The notes under the pieces: generated by a model
Told to the model about the DNA's origin: nothing
What the model saw: the letters and a program-made list of their open reading frames with translations, nothing else
Databases searched by the model: none
Shown here: in pieces, positions 30,674 to 40,370 of the stretch
Position numbering within the stretch: the first letter of the stretch is position 1
Layout of the letters: each line of letters starts with the position of its first letter
Assembly (NCBI GenBank): GCA_963743915.1
Contig: CAVURN010000001.1
Coordinates: 384,001-448,000 of the forward strand
Direction of reading: 5' to 3'
Length of the DNA stretch: 64,000 nucleotides
Source: an uncultured Actinomycetota bacterium
GTDB lineage: Bacteria; Actinomycetota; Actinomycetes; JAHEKZ01
Made by a program: the position numbers and the translations under genes

Positions 30674-31804
30674 CTAGCTCGTCGGAGACAGGGAGAGCGA
30701 CTTGCCCAGCAGTCCGCGCTCACGGCGTCCGAGCTGACCGGCGATCTTCCGCAGCACCAGGGCGGCCGGCGCGTCGGGGTCGGCGAGCACCAGCGGGCGT
30801 CCGTTGTCGCCGCCCTCCCGCAGCCGCACGTCGATCGGGACCGCACCCAGCAGCGGGACCTCGGCACCGAGCGAGCGCGACAGGCCGGCCGCGACCTGCT
30901 CGCCGCCACCGGTGCCGAAGACGTCGATGTGCTCGCCGCAGTGCGGGCACGGCAGCCACGCCATGTTCTCGATGACACCGGCGACGCGCTGGTGGGTCTG
31001 CAGGGCGATGGTGCCCGCCCGCTCCGCGACCTCGGCCGCCGCCTGCTGCGGGGTGGTGACCACCAGGATCTCGGCGGAGGGGACCAGCTGCGCGACCGAG
31101 ATCGCGATGTCACCGGTCCCGGGAGGCAGGTCCATGAGCAGGACGTCGAGGTCGCCCCACCAGACGTCGGCCAGGAACTGCTGCAGGGCGCGGTGCAGCA
31201 TCGGGCCGCGCCAGACCACGGGGGTGTTGCCCGCGGTGAACATGCCGATCGAGATGACCTTCACGCCGTGCGACTGCGGCGGCATGATCATGTCCTCGAC
31301 CTGAGTGGGCCGACCTTCGACCCCCAGCATGCGGGGCACGGAGTGCCCGTAGATGTCGGCGTCCACGACACCGACCGAGAGCCCTTCGGCGGCCATCGTG
31401 GCGGCCAGGTTGACCGTGACGGATGACTTGCCCACGCCGCCTTTGCCGGACGCCACCGCGAACACGCGGGTGAGGGAGTCCGCGCGGGCGAAGGGGATCT
31501 CGCGCTCCGCCTGACCGCCCCTCAGCCGCTGCGCCATGGCCTGGCGTTGCTCGTCGCTCATCACGTCGAGGGTCACGGCCACGTCGGAGACGCCCGGTAC
31601 CTGACCGACGGCACGGGTGACGTCGGCGGTGATGCGGTCGCGCATCGGACAGCCCGCCACCGTGAGGTACACCTCGACCGCGACCCGGCCGGACGCGTCG
31701 GCGTCCACCGACTTGACCATTCCGAGGTCAGTGATCGGCTGGTGGATCTCCGGGTCCTTGACGGTGGCCAGAGCAGCGTGGACGGCAGCGAGGTCGACAG
31801 GCAT
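30674..31804 (-). CDS. mrp: Mrp/NBP35 family Fe-S carrier ATPase
   Basis: DPEI..LGMV, SGKGGVGKSS, WRGPM, DLPPGTGD, CPHC. Confidence 0.93.
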   Translation of the reverse strand: MPVDLAAVHAALATVKDPEIHQPITDLGMVKSVDADASGRVAVEVYLTVAGCPMRDRITADVTRAVGQVPGVSDVAVTLDVMSDEQRQAMAQRLRGGQAEREIPFARADSLTRVFAVASGKGGVGKSSVTVNLAATMAAEGLSVGVVDADIYGHSVPRMLGVEGRPTQVEDMIMPPQSHGVKVISIGMFTAGNTPVVWRGPMLHRALQQFLADVWWGDLDVLLMDLPPGTGDIAISVAQLVPSAEILVVTTPQQAAAEVAERAGTIALQTHQRVAGVIENMAWLPCPHCGEHIDVFGTGGGEQVAAGLSRSLGAEVPLLGAVPIDVRLREGGDNGRPLVLADPDAPAALVLRKIAGQLGRRERGLLGKSLSLSPTS

Positions 31805-31822
31805 GCATCGATGCTACGTGCG

Positions 31823-33520
31823 TCAGGAATCCTCCGGCGCGTCGACCTGGGTGACGCGCAGCACCTCGTCGAAGGTGGTCCTCCCGGCGGCGGCGTGCTC
31901 GAGCGCGGCCTGTCGGAGTGTGACGAACCCCTGGCGGTGCTCCACCAGTGTCTGCTCGGTGGGGTCGTGGGCGAAGGCACGCCTCAGCGAGGCGGTGATG
32001 GGGAGCACCTCGAAGGCGCCGATGCGTCCGCGGAACCCGGTGCTGGCGCACTCGAGACAACCCGCACCCCTGCGGGGAGCGGCGTGCGTGAGGGTGTCGA
32101 GGTCGACACCCAGCGCGGCGAGGACGTCGTCGCTCGGCGTGTACGGCTCGCTGCACGCCTCGCAGACCCGCCGGACCAGACGCTGCGCGACCACCAGGTT
32201 CAGGGAGGACGCCACCAGGAACGACGGGATCTCCATGTCGACCAGCCGGGTCAGTGCCTGCACCGCACCGTTGGTGTGCACGGTGCTCAGCACCAGGTGA
32301 CCGGTCAGCGACGCGCGCAGTGCGAGCTCGGCGGTCTCGCGGTCGCGGATCTCACCGACGAGCACGACATCGGGGTCCTGGCGCAGCACGGCGCGCAGCC
32401 CGCGTGCGAACGTCATGCCCGTGCGGGTGTTCACGTTGACCTGCGTGATGCCGGGCAGCTGGATCTCGACCGGGTCCTCGAGCGTCACGACGTTCCGCTC
32501 GGGGGTGATCACCTCGTGGATGGCGGCGTAGAGGGAGTTGGTCTTGCCCGAGCCGGTCGGCCCGGTGATCAGGATGAGGCCCTGCGACACCTGCAGAGCC
32601 CTCCGCACCGCCTCGAGCTGCCCGGGCAGCAGGCCCAGCGTGGCGAGATCGGGGACGCGGTCGGTGGTGGTGAGCAGCCGGATCACGACCTTCTCGCCGT
32701 GCACGGCAGGCAAGGTGCTGACGCGGGCGTCCACCGTGTGGCCGTCGACGCTGATCCGCGTGCGTCCGTCCTGGGGCACCCGCCGCTCGGCGATGTCGAG
32801 CGACGAGATGATCTTCAGCCGGCCGATGACGCTCGGGCCGGCGCTGCGGGGCACCGTCATGACGTCGCGCAGCAGCCCGTCCACCCGGTAGCGGATCCGG
32901 ATCCCCTCCCGCTGGGGCTCGACGTGGACGTCACTCGCACCGATCCGCACGGCGTCACCGAGCAGCGCGTCGAGCAGCCGGACGGTGGGTGTCTGGTCGG
33001 CGTCCTGGTCGTCGTCCCCGACGTCGTCGTGCTCGATGGCCAGCAGCTGGACGGCATCGGCGGCGTCCTCGCCGAGCGACCAGACGCGCCGGATCGCCAG
33101 CTGGATCTGCGTCGGGGTGGCGACCACGACGTGCAGCGACCGTTCCCGGGTGTGGACGCGCACGTCGTCCAGTGCCAGGACGTTCGTCGGGTCGGCAGAG
33201 GCGATCCGCAGCCCCGTGGCCTCGCGGGCGAGCACGATCAGCCCGAAACGCTCGGCCATCACCCGGGGGATGAGCTGGGCCATGGCCGGGTCGACCGGTT
33301 CGACGGACAGGTCGACGACGTCGAGAGCGAGCAGGTCTCCCAGTGCCTCGGCGACCTGCTCCTCGGTGCCCAGGCCTCGCTCCACCACGAGCTGGCCGAG
33401 CCGGGGCCGGGACCCACCCGTCGGAGACTGGTGCACCGCCTGCTCGGCGAGCAGCTCGTCCAGCTGGATCTGGTCGATCACGCCATGGGCCACGAGAACC
33501 TCGCCCAGGCGCCGGCGCAT
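31823..33520 (-). CDS. PilB/GspE family secretion ATPase with N-terminal MshEN c-di-GMP-binding domain (alternative start GTG 33604)
   Basis: Twin RLGxxL motifs; ASDVHVEP, GPTGSGKT, LEDPVE, RQDPDVVLVGEIRD, TGHLVLSTVH, CxxC..CxxC. Confidence 0.92.
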   Translation of the reverse strand: MRRRLGEVLVAHGVIDQIQLDELLAEQAVHQSPTGGSRPRLGQLVVERGLGTEEQVAEALGDLLALDVVDLSVEPVDPAMAQLIPRVMAERFGLIVLAREATGLRIASADPTNVLALDDVRVHTRERSLHVVVATPTQIQLAIRRVWSLGEDAADAVQLLAIEHDDVGDDDQDADQTPTVRLLDALLGDAVRIGASDVHVEPQREGIRIRYRVDGLLRDVMTVPRSAGPSVIGRLKIISSLDIAERRVPQDGRTRISVDGHTVDARVSTLPAVHGEKVVIRLLTTTDRVPDLATLGLLPGQLEAVRRALQVSQGLILITGPTGSGKTNSLYAAIHEVITPERNVVTLEDPVEIQLPGITQVNVNTRTGMTFARGLRAVLRQDPDVVLVGEIRDRETAELALRASLTGHLVLSTVHTNGAVQALTRLVDMEIPSFLVASSLNLVVAQRLVRRVCEACSEPYTPSDDVLAALGVDLDTLTHAAPRRGAGCLECASTGFRGRIGAFEVLPITASLRRAFAHDPTEQTLVEHRQGFVTLRQAALEHAAAGRTTFDEVLRVTQVDAPEDS

Positions 33521-33670
33521 GGTGCGCTCGTGCTGCTTGGTGGGCGGAGGCGGCTCGGCGTGGGCGCGTCGACCCACCCGGGCAGAGGAGACCGGGGACT
33601 TCACCTTGAGTGTGTCGGCGCCGGGCGGGCTTGCCTGTAACGGCCACGGGTGAGGGCGTACGGTGGACGG

Positions 33671-33765
33671 AACACCGCGGGAGCCCGCCAAGGGCTGAGA
33701 GGGTGGCCGACCGAGCCACCGACCGCCTGAACCTGTCCGGGTCATGCCGGCGTAGGGAGTGTGCT
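33671..33765 (+). promoter_or_regulatory. TPP riboswitch
   Basis: cgcgggagc..gggCTGAGAgg..gaccgcctGAACCTGtccgggtcATGCcggCGTAGGGAG core, immediately upstream of an NCS1 permease. Confidence 0.93.
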
Positions 33766-33767
33766 TG

Positions 33768-35117
33768 ATGGCCATGATCGACGACGCGACGTCCCGGTCC
33801 GGGACGGTGGAAGCGCCCCTCACCCTCACCTTCGAGCCTCCTCGACCCTTGGGGTGGTGGGACCAGACGGTCCTCTGGTTCAACCTCGGGGTCAGTCTGA
33901 CCGGCCCGGTGACGGCGCTCTTCGTCTACTCGCCCCTGCTGGACGGCTCCACCATGTCGCTGCTGGCGGCGTTCACCGCGACCGTCCTCGGTGCGGTGCT
34001 GGGCGCGGGTCTGCTCGGTGCAGCATCGGTCCCGGGGGCCCGCACCGGCGCCCCCAGCATGGTGCTGCTGCGCGGCCTGTTCGGGCGTCGCGGGTCGATC
34101 GTCCCCACCGTGCTGAACATCGCGCAGAACATCGGCTGGGGGACCATCGAGATCATCGTGATCGCGGCCGCAGCGACCGCGCTGACGGGGGACGAGTGGC
34201 GTCCGCTGTGGGTGGTGCTGGCGGGCATCGGCGCCACGGTGATGGCGGTGCGTCCGCTGGGGTCGGTCCGTCTGTTGCGCAAGGTGATCGTCTGGCTGGT
34301 GCTCGCGGCCACCGCCTACTTCTTCGCCCAGCTGCTGCAGGAGCCGTTGCCGGGGCTCACCGAAGGCGGATGGACAGGGTTCGGGCTGGCCACCGACACG
34401 GTGATCGCGGTGTGCGTCTCGTACGCGCTGCTCATCGGTGACTACAGCCGTCACTCGAGGTCCCCGCGCGACTCGTTCCTGGGCGCGTGGGTGGGCTACG
34501 GCCTCGCGGCCATCGTGTACATCTCGCTCGGCATCATCGCCTACGCCACCGTGGTCGACCTCGACGGCGACGTGATCGCCGGGCTGCTCGCCGTCCCAGC
34601 CGGTGCCCTCGCACTGCTGATCCTCGCGGTGGACGAGGTCGACGAGGCGTTCGCGAACATCTACTCGACCACGATGTCGATGCACAACCTGGCGCCCGGA
34701 CTCGACCGGCGGAGAGTGGCGGTGGTCGTCGGGGTCGTCGCCACGGGTCTGGCGCTCATGATCGACCTGACCGGGTACCAGTCGTTCCTCTACCTGATCG
34801 GATCGGTCTTCGTCCCGTTGGTGGCGGTGATGATCGTCGACTGGTTCGTCGTGTCGCGGGGCCAGTGGAACCTGTCGGAGTCCTCTCCGCTGCGTCCGGC
34901 GATGTTCGCGTCGTGGCTCGCCGGCTTCGTCGCCTACCAGCTCGTCAACCCGGGCTACGTCAACGGCTGGAACGACCTCTGGATCTGGGTGCGTGACCAG
35001 GTCGGGTTCGTTCCGCCCACCTGGCTCGCAGCGTCCTGGTTCGCGCTGCTCGTGGGCGGGCTGGCGACGGCACTGTTCGGATCCCTGGAGCGGTCCCTGG
35101 GACGCGTGCCGGACTAG
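33768..35117 (+). CDS. NCS1/purine-cytosine permease family; CytX-like thiamine-precursor (HMP) transporter
   Basis: About 12 TM helices, LWFNLG, GDYSR, FANIYS; TPP riboswitch upstream. Confidence 0.85.
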   Translation: MAMIDDATSRSGTVEAPLTLTFEPPRPLGWWDQTVLWFNLGVSLTGPVTALFVYSPLLDGSTMSLLAAFTATVLGAVLGAGLLGAASVPGARTGAPSMVLLRGLFGRRGSIVPTVLNIAQNIGWGTIEIIVIAAAATALTGDEWRPLWVVLAGIGATVMAVRPLGSVRLLRKVIVWLVLAATAYFFAQLLQEPLPGLTEGGWTGFGLATDTVIAVCVSYALLIGDYSRHSRSPRDSFLGAWVGYGLAAIVYISLGIIAYATVVDLDGDVIAGLLAVPAGALALLILAVDEVDEAFANIYSTTMSMHNLAPGLDRRRVAVVVGVVATGLALMIDLTGYQSFLYLIGSVFVPLVAVMIVDWFVVSRGQWNLSESSPLRPAMFASWLAGFVAYQLVNPGYVNGWNDLWIWVRDQVGFVPPTWLAASWFALLVGGLATALFGSLERSLGRVPD

Positions 35118-35124
35118 GGCCTGC

Positions 35125-35646
35125 TCACCCTGCGGAGGGTTCCGGCTCCTCGCGTGCGGTGTCCGGTGACGAGCGGTCCTCGAGCGCCTCGAGCAGCTCG
35201 CGCAGCTGGTCGCGCACGAAGTCACGGGTCGCCACCTCGTTGACCGCCATGCGCAGGGAGGACACCTCACGCGTGAGGAAGTCGTCGTCGGCGATGATGC
35301 GGTCGATCCGAGCGCGGTCCTCCCAGTACTGGACACGGTCCCGGTCGGCCTGTCGGTTCTGCGCCAGCAGGATCAGGGGTGCGGCGTACGACGCCTGCAT
35401 CGAGAGCACGAGGGTCAGGCCGATGAAGGGCCAGTCGTCGAACCGAAGGTCGGACGGTGCCAGGACGTTCCACAGCATCCAGGCGGCGATGAAGATCGTC
35501 ATGTAGAGGATGAACCGCCACGAGCCGATGAAGCGGCTGATCCGCTCGGAGAGCTTCCCGAACGTCTCCGGGTCGTACGGCGACCTCACTCCGCGGCGCG
35601 GGCCGCGTGGCTGGTCGAGGCGGCTGCGCCTCAGCTCACGCGCCAC
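35125..35646 (-). CDS. DUF1003 membrane protein
   Basis: FDDWPFIGLTL..QASYAAPLILLAQNRQADRD. Confidence 0.9.
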   Translation of the reverse strand: MARELRRSRLDQPRGPRRGVRSPYDPETFGKLSERISRFIGSWRFILYMTIFIAAWMLWNVLAPSDLRFDDWPFIGLTLVLSMQASYAAPLILLAQNRQADRDRVQYWEDRARIDRIIADDDFLTREVSSLRMAVNEVATRDFVRDQLRELLEALEDRSSPDTAREEPEPSAG

Positions 35647-36901
35647 GGGTCACCTCGCGGGACTCGTGGGTGTCCGCGCTCCGCCAGTCGTCGGGGAGCA
35701 TGTGGTCGATCACGTCGTCGACGGTGACGGCGCCGAGGAGCCGGTCGTTGTCGTCGACCACCGGGATCGCCACGAGGTTGTAGCTGGCCAGGACGTTGGT
35801 GACCTCGGCGAGGGGGGCCTCAGGGCTCACCGGCTCGAGCTCGGAGTCGATGGCCTCGGTGACGAGCGCGCCAGGCGTCTCGCGCAGCAGCCGCTGGAAG
35901 TGGATGGCCCCGAGATAGCGTCCCGTGGGCGACTCCAACGGGGGTCGGCACACGTACACCTGCGCGGCCAACGCGGGAGGCAGGTCCGAGTTCCGGATGC
36001 GCGCCAACGCCTCGGCCACCGTGGCGTCCGGCGCGAGGATCACCGGCTCGGACGTCATCATGCCGCCGGCGGTGTACTCGTCGTACGCGAGCAGCATCCG
36101 GACGTCCTCCGCCTCATCAGGCTCCATCAGCTCGAGGAGGCGCACCCGCGTCGCCTCGGCGATCTCGATCAGGATGTCCGCGGCGTCGTCGGGGTCCATC
36201 TCCTCCAGGACGTCCGCGGCGCGTTCGTCGTCGAGAGCCGAGAGGATCTCTGCGGCGTCCGACTCGATCATCTCCCCGAGCACGTCGGCGAGCCGCTGGT
36301 CGTCCAGGGCTGCGATCACGTCGCCCTGGCGCTTGTCGCTGAGGGTCTGCAGGGCGTGGGCGACGTCGGCGGGTCGCAGCTTCTCGTAGCTCTCCAGCAG
36401 GCGAGTGGTCCCCTGGTCCTCGTCTCCGACCGCGAGCCCGGTGATCTCGTCCCAGTCTGCGACGAACTGCTCACCTCGGCGTCGGAGCGTCTTGCCCTTG
36501 CGCTGGACGTAGACCTTGGACACCTCCCAGTCACGCGTACGGAGCTGCTCCATGCCCACGTCGAGCAGGGTGACTCGCTCGCCACCGTCGCGGAGCGTGA
36601 CCGCCGAGTCGAGCAGCTCGCCGACGACCAGCACCTCGCCTGTGCGCTGCTCGAAACGACGCAGGTTCAGCAAGCCGCTGACGACCACGCCGCCGGCGTC
36701 GACGGAGGTGACGCGCGTCATCGGCACGAAGATGCGGCGACGGGGTTGCACCTCCAGCACCAGCCCGATGATCCGTGGCGGACGGGGTGCGCTGCGCAGG
36801 GTGGCCACGACGTCCCGGATCTTGCCCAGCTGGTCGCCGCCGGGGTCGAACACGGGAACCCCCAGCAGACGGGCGATGAAGACTCGGGTGGGGGCGCTCA
36901 C
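35636..36901 (-). CDS. MgtE N-terminal/CBS domain protein
   Basis: PRC-like N-terminus, LEEMDPDDAAD, TAGGMMT, TVDDVIDH. Confidence 0.9.
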   Translation of the reverse strand: MSAPTRVFIARLLGVPVFDPGGDQLGKIRDVVATLRSAPRPPRIIGLVLEVQPRRRIFVPMTRVTSVDAGGVVVSGLLNLRRFEQRTGEVLVVGELLDSAVTLRDGGERVTLLDVGMEQLRTRDWEVSKVYVQRKGKTLRRRGEQFVADWDEITGLAVGDEDQGTTRLLESYEKLRPADVAHALQTLSDKRQGDVIAALDDQRLADVLGEMIESDAAEILSALDDERAADVLEEMDPDDAADILIEIAEATRVRLLELMEPDEAEDVRMLLAYDEYTAGGMMTSEPVILAPDATVAEALARIRNSDLPPALAAQVYVCRPPLESPTGRYLGAIHFQRLLRETPGALVTEAIDSELEPVSPEAPLAEVTNVLASYNLVAIPVVDDNDRLLGAVTVDDVIDHMLPDDWRSADTHESREVTRGA

Positions 36902-36965
36902 TCCTCGAGATTAGCGGCGGAGCGCCTGCTAACGTCCGAGCGACCTGACCGAAAGGGGAAGGTTC

Positions 36966-37856
36966 GTGTCCGATCGCGCGTCGCCCTCGCTTCCGTATGT
37001 GATCCTCGACGTGTTCACCGACCGTCCGTTTGCGGGGAACCCGCTGGCCGTCGTCATGGACGCTGACGAGCTCAGCGGCGGGCAGCTGCAGCGCATCGCA
37101 CGAGAGTTCAACCTGTCCGAGACGGCCTTTCCCATGGCTCCCACCGACGAGGGCGCCGACTACCGCTTGCGGATCTTCACGCCTGCGGCCGAGATTCCCT
37201 TCGCCGGTCACCCGTCGGTCGGTTCGGCGTGGTGGCTCGCCCGTAGTGGACGCATCGGCACCGGTGTGGTCCGTCAGGAGTGCGGAGCCGGACTGCTGCC
37301 GGTGGAGGTCACCGACGAGGGAGCCACCCTCACGGGCGGGGCGGCGTCGGTGTCCGACCCGGTCGATGCCGACACCGCGCTGGGGGCGGTCGGGCTGGAG
37401 CGGACGGACCTCGTCGATGGAGAGGTCCGGATCGCCAGCACCGGCTTGCCGTTCGCGATCGCCTTCGTCACCCCCGACGCCGTCGCCCGGTGTGCCCCGG
37501 ACATGGCAGTGCTGCGCAAGGAGTTCGCGCACCCGCGCCCGGCCACTGGTGTCTACGTCGTGGACTGGGACGCCGAGGTGCGGCACGCGAGGGTACGGAT
37601 GTTCGCCGGTGACATGGGCAGCGCCGAGGACCCGGCCACCGGTTCTGCGGCGCTCGCCCTGGGCGCTCGGCTGGTTGCGCGCGGTGACTTCCCCGACGGC
37701 ACGCAGATCTTCACGGTCGAGCAGGGAGTCGACATGGGGCGTCCGTCCCGGCTGACCGTGACCTGCGACATCGCGCAGGGCGTGGTCGAGCGGCTCCAGG
37801 TGACCGGCGGTGCCGTCCTCGTTTCAGAGGGCCGGATCGCGATTCCCCCGGCCTGA
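36966..37856 (+). CDS. PhzF family protein
   Basis: DVFTDRPFAGNPLAV, NLSETAF, EIPFAGHP, EDPATGSA. Confidence 0.92.
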   Translation: MSDRASPSLPYVILDVFTDRPFAGNPLAVVMDADELSGGQLQRIAREFNLSETAFPMAPTDEGADYRLRIFTPAAEIPFAGHPSVGSAWWLARSGRIGTGVVRQECGAGLLPVEVTDEGATLTGGAASVSDPVDADTALGAVGLERTDLVDGEVRIASTGLPFAIAFVTPDAVARCAPDMAVLRKEFAHPRPATGVYVVDWDAEVRHARVRMFAGDMGSAEDPATGSAALALGARLVARGDFPDGTQIFTVEQGVDMGRPSRLTVTCDIAQGVVERLQVTGGAVLVSEGRIAIPPA

Positions 37857-37859
37857 CGG

Positions 37860-38393
37860 TCAGCGACGCCTGCGCGTGGCACGTCCGGCATGGAAAGGGG
37901 TGCGGTCCAGGGTGGTCGCATCGGTCGGCAGTGGTTCGGCCCGGTGGGACGCGCTGGACATGGCCTCAGGCGTCTCGGCCGCCCGACCGGTGGGGCGGAG
38001 CAGCCACAGGGTGCTTTCGCGCCGCCACCTTTCCGGCTGAGCCTCGCCGTCGGGGGCGTTGAGCCGCTCGGGGTGCAGGGCCGCCACCGCCGCTCCCCAC
38101 GCCTCGCTGTCCGGCTCGAGGCGCGCCACGCGGGCGGTGACGCGCAGCTGTCGGGCGCTGTTCTCCTTGCTGCGGAGGATCACCTCGACCTCGGCCCCGT
38201 CGGTGAGGCCGGGGTCGGTCTGCTCGATCCCTCCGGTCACGACCGCGAAGGCGTCGTCGTGCCACACGTGCCAGAGGGCGCGGGCCGGGCGCTCACCGAC
38301 GACCACCCACACCAGGTCGGACTTGCCGGCCAGCTCGGCCGTCAGAGCCGAGAGCAGCGCCTCGTCCTGGCGCGCGGCATCGTCGGCTTCCAT
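37860..38393 (-). CDS. Hypothetical protein (split-barrel/PPOX-like)
   Basis: KSDLVW..ALWHVW, LRSKEN, RLNAPD. Confidence 0.65.
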   Translation of the reverse strand: MEADDAARQDEALLSALTAELAGKSDLVWVVVGERPARALWHVWHDDAFAVVTGGIEQTDPGLTDGAEVEVILRSKENSARQLRVTARVARLEPDSEAWGAAVAALHPERLNAPDGEAQPERWRRESTLWLLRPTGRAAETPEAMSSASHRAEPLPTDATTLDRTPFHAGRATRRRR

Positions 38394-38515
38394 GCGCCGA
38401 AGCCTGCCACAGGACCCGGCACCGAGGGTTCGTCCTGCGACGCTAGGCTCCGGACGACCGCGCCGACCGCTCGACCGGCGGCGACCCAAGTCCCGTGCCG
38501 AAATCGGAGTCGTTG

Positions 38516-39508
38516 ATGTCAGAGCGTGTCCTCCGTCCCCGACGGTCCAACCTGGCAGTCCCGGGCAGCAGCCCCAAGATGCTCGAGAAGGCCAAGGGGC
38601 TACCGGCCGACCAGGTCTTCCTCGACATCGAGGACGCCGTTGCCCCCCTGGCCAAGCCCGAGGCACGCAGGAACATCGTCGCGGCGCTGAACGAGGGTGG
38701 CTACGGCGACAAGGTGCGCACGGTGCGGGTCAACGACTGGACGACCGAGTGGACCTACCGGGACGTCGTCGAGGTGGTCGAGGGGGCGGGCGAGAACCTC
38801 GACTGCATCATGCTGCCGAAGGTGCAGACGCCGGAGCAGGTGGTGACCCTCGACACCCTGCTGACCCAGATCGAGAAGGCCAACGGCCTCGAAGTGGGAA
38901 GGCTCGGGATCGAGGCGCAGATCGAGAACGCGATCGGGCTCATCAACGTGGACGCGATCGCGGCCGCCAGTCCTCGCGTCGAGACGATCATCTTCGGCCC
39001 GGCCGACTTCATGGCGAGCATCAACATGCGCACCCTCGTCGTCGGCGAGCAGCCGGCCGGATACACCGAGGGCGACGCGTACCACTACATCCTGATGCGG
39101 ATCCTGATGGCTGCCCGCGCCTACGACAAGCAGGCGATCGACGGGCCCTACTTGCAGATCCGCGACGTGGACGGCTACCGGCGGGTGGCCGACCGTGCCG
39201 CCGCTCTCGGCTTCGACGGCAAGTGGGTGCTGCACCCGGGGCAGGTGGAGGCGGCCAACGAGGTGTTCTCGCCGAAGCAGGACGACTTCGACCACGCCGA
39301 GCTCATCCTCGACGCGTACGCGTACTACACCTCCGAGGCCGGTGGGCAGCTGGGCGCCGTCATGCTGGGCACCGAGATGATCGACGAGGCGTCGCGCAAG
39401 ATGGCGCTGGTGGTCAGCGGCAAGGGACGCGCCGCTGGCATGCAGCGGACGGTCTGGTTCGACCCCGAGGCCGACGACGCGCGTACGACGACCGCCCCGG
39501 AGCGCTGA
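38516..39508 (+). CDS. CitE/HpcH family CoA-ester lyase (malyl-CoA/beta-methylmalyl-CoA lyase-like)
   Basis: [41 protein letters not shown]. Confidence 0.9.
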   Translation: MSERVLRPRRSNLAVPGSSPKMLEKAKGLPADQVFLDIEDAVAPLAKPEARRNIVAALNEGGYGDKVRTVRVNDWTTEWTYRDVVEVVEGAGENLDCIMLPKVQTPEQVVTLDTLLTQIEKANGLEVGRLGIEAQIENAIGLINVDAIAAASPRVETIIFGPADFMASINMRTLVVGEQPAGYTEGDAYHYILMRILMAARAYDKQAIDGPYLQIRDVDGYRRVADRAAALGFDGKWVLHPGQVEAANEVFSPKQDDFDHAELILDAYAYYTSEAGGQLGAVMLGTEMIDEASRKMALVVSGKGRAAGMQRTVWFDPEADDARTTTAPER

Positions 39509-40272
39509 TGACCTTCTTCGCGCTGGACGGCAAGGTGGCTCTCGTCACCGGTGCGGGGAGCCCAGGGGGGATCGGGTTCGCGTGCGCGCGCACGCTCCGC
39601 GAGCTGGGTGCGACGGTGGCGGTGGCAGCGACGTCCGACCGCATCCACGACCGTGCCGCCGAGCTCGGAGCGAAAGGATTCGTCGCCGACCTCACCGATC
39701 CCGCACAGGTCGAACGTCTGGTCGCCGAGGTCGAGTCGAGCCTCGGTCCGATCGACCTGCTGGTCAACAACGCCGGAATGACCAGCGTCACCGACGAGGA
39801 GACGTGGCTGTCGATCACGGAGATGTCGCCGGAGCAGTGGCGCAGTGGGATCGTGCGCAACCTCGACACCGCCTTCCTGATGACACGTGCGGTGATGTCA
39901 GGCATGCGGGAACGTGGCTTCGGCCGCATCGTCAACGTGACCTCGACGTCGGGCACGACCTGCGCGATGCCGAACGAGGCGTCCTACGTCGCCGGCAAGG
40001 GCGGGATGCGCGGACTCACCCTGGCGTCGGCCGTCGAGACCGCCGCCTCCGGTGTCACGTGCAACGCGGTCGCCCCTGGCTGGATCCGGACGCCGTCGTC
40101 GCTCTCGCAGGAGCTGGAGTACGGCGAGCGGACACCGATGCAGCGAATGGGGGAGCCGGCCGAGATCGCAGCGGCCGTCGCCTTCTTCTGCTCACCCGCC
40201 GCGTCGTACGTCACCGGCCAGACGCTCGTCGTCGACGGCGGCAACTCGATCCGCGAGGCGAACCCCGCCTGA
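39508..40272 (+). CDS. SDR family oxidoreductase
   Basis: [23 protein letters not shown]. Confidence 0.9.
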   Translation: MTFFALDGKVALVTGAGSPGGIGFACARTLRELGATVAVAATSDRIHDRAAELGAKGFVADLTDPAQVERLVAEVESSLGPIDLLVNNAGMTSVTDEETWLSITEMSPEQWRSGIVRNLDTAFLMTRAVMSGMRERGFGRIVNVTSTSGTTCAMPNEASYVAGKGGMRGLTLASAVETAASGVTCNAVAPGWIRTPSSLSQELEYGERTPMQRMGEPAEIAAAVAFFCSPAASYVTGQTLVVDGGNSIREANPA

Positions 40273-40370
40273 GCCCCTAGCGGGCTGCGTCCAGAGTCTC
40301 GCCGACACGCTCGAACCGCGGTGATGGCAACCCCTATAGTGCCGGAGCGGCCGATAGCGGACCGCCGCAA

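Noticed and set aside
38059-39507. 737-aa ORF suggesting an SDR fusion
   Set aside because: The upstream part is an alternative frame over the CitE-like gene; the SDR starts at ATG 39508.
40350-40357. GCCGATAG before the HD-LuxR gene as another sigma-28 promoter
   Set aside because: No matching -35 element at the right spacing, and a TATAGT housekeeping -10 lies just upstream.
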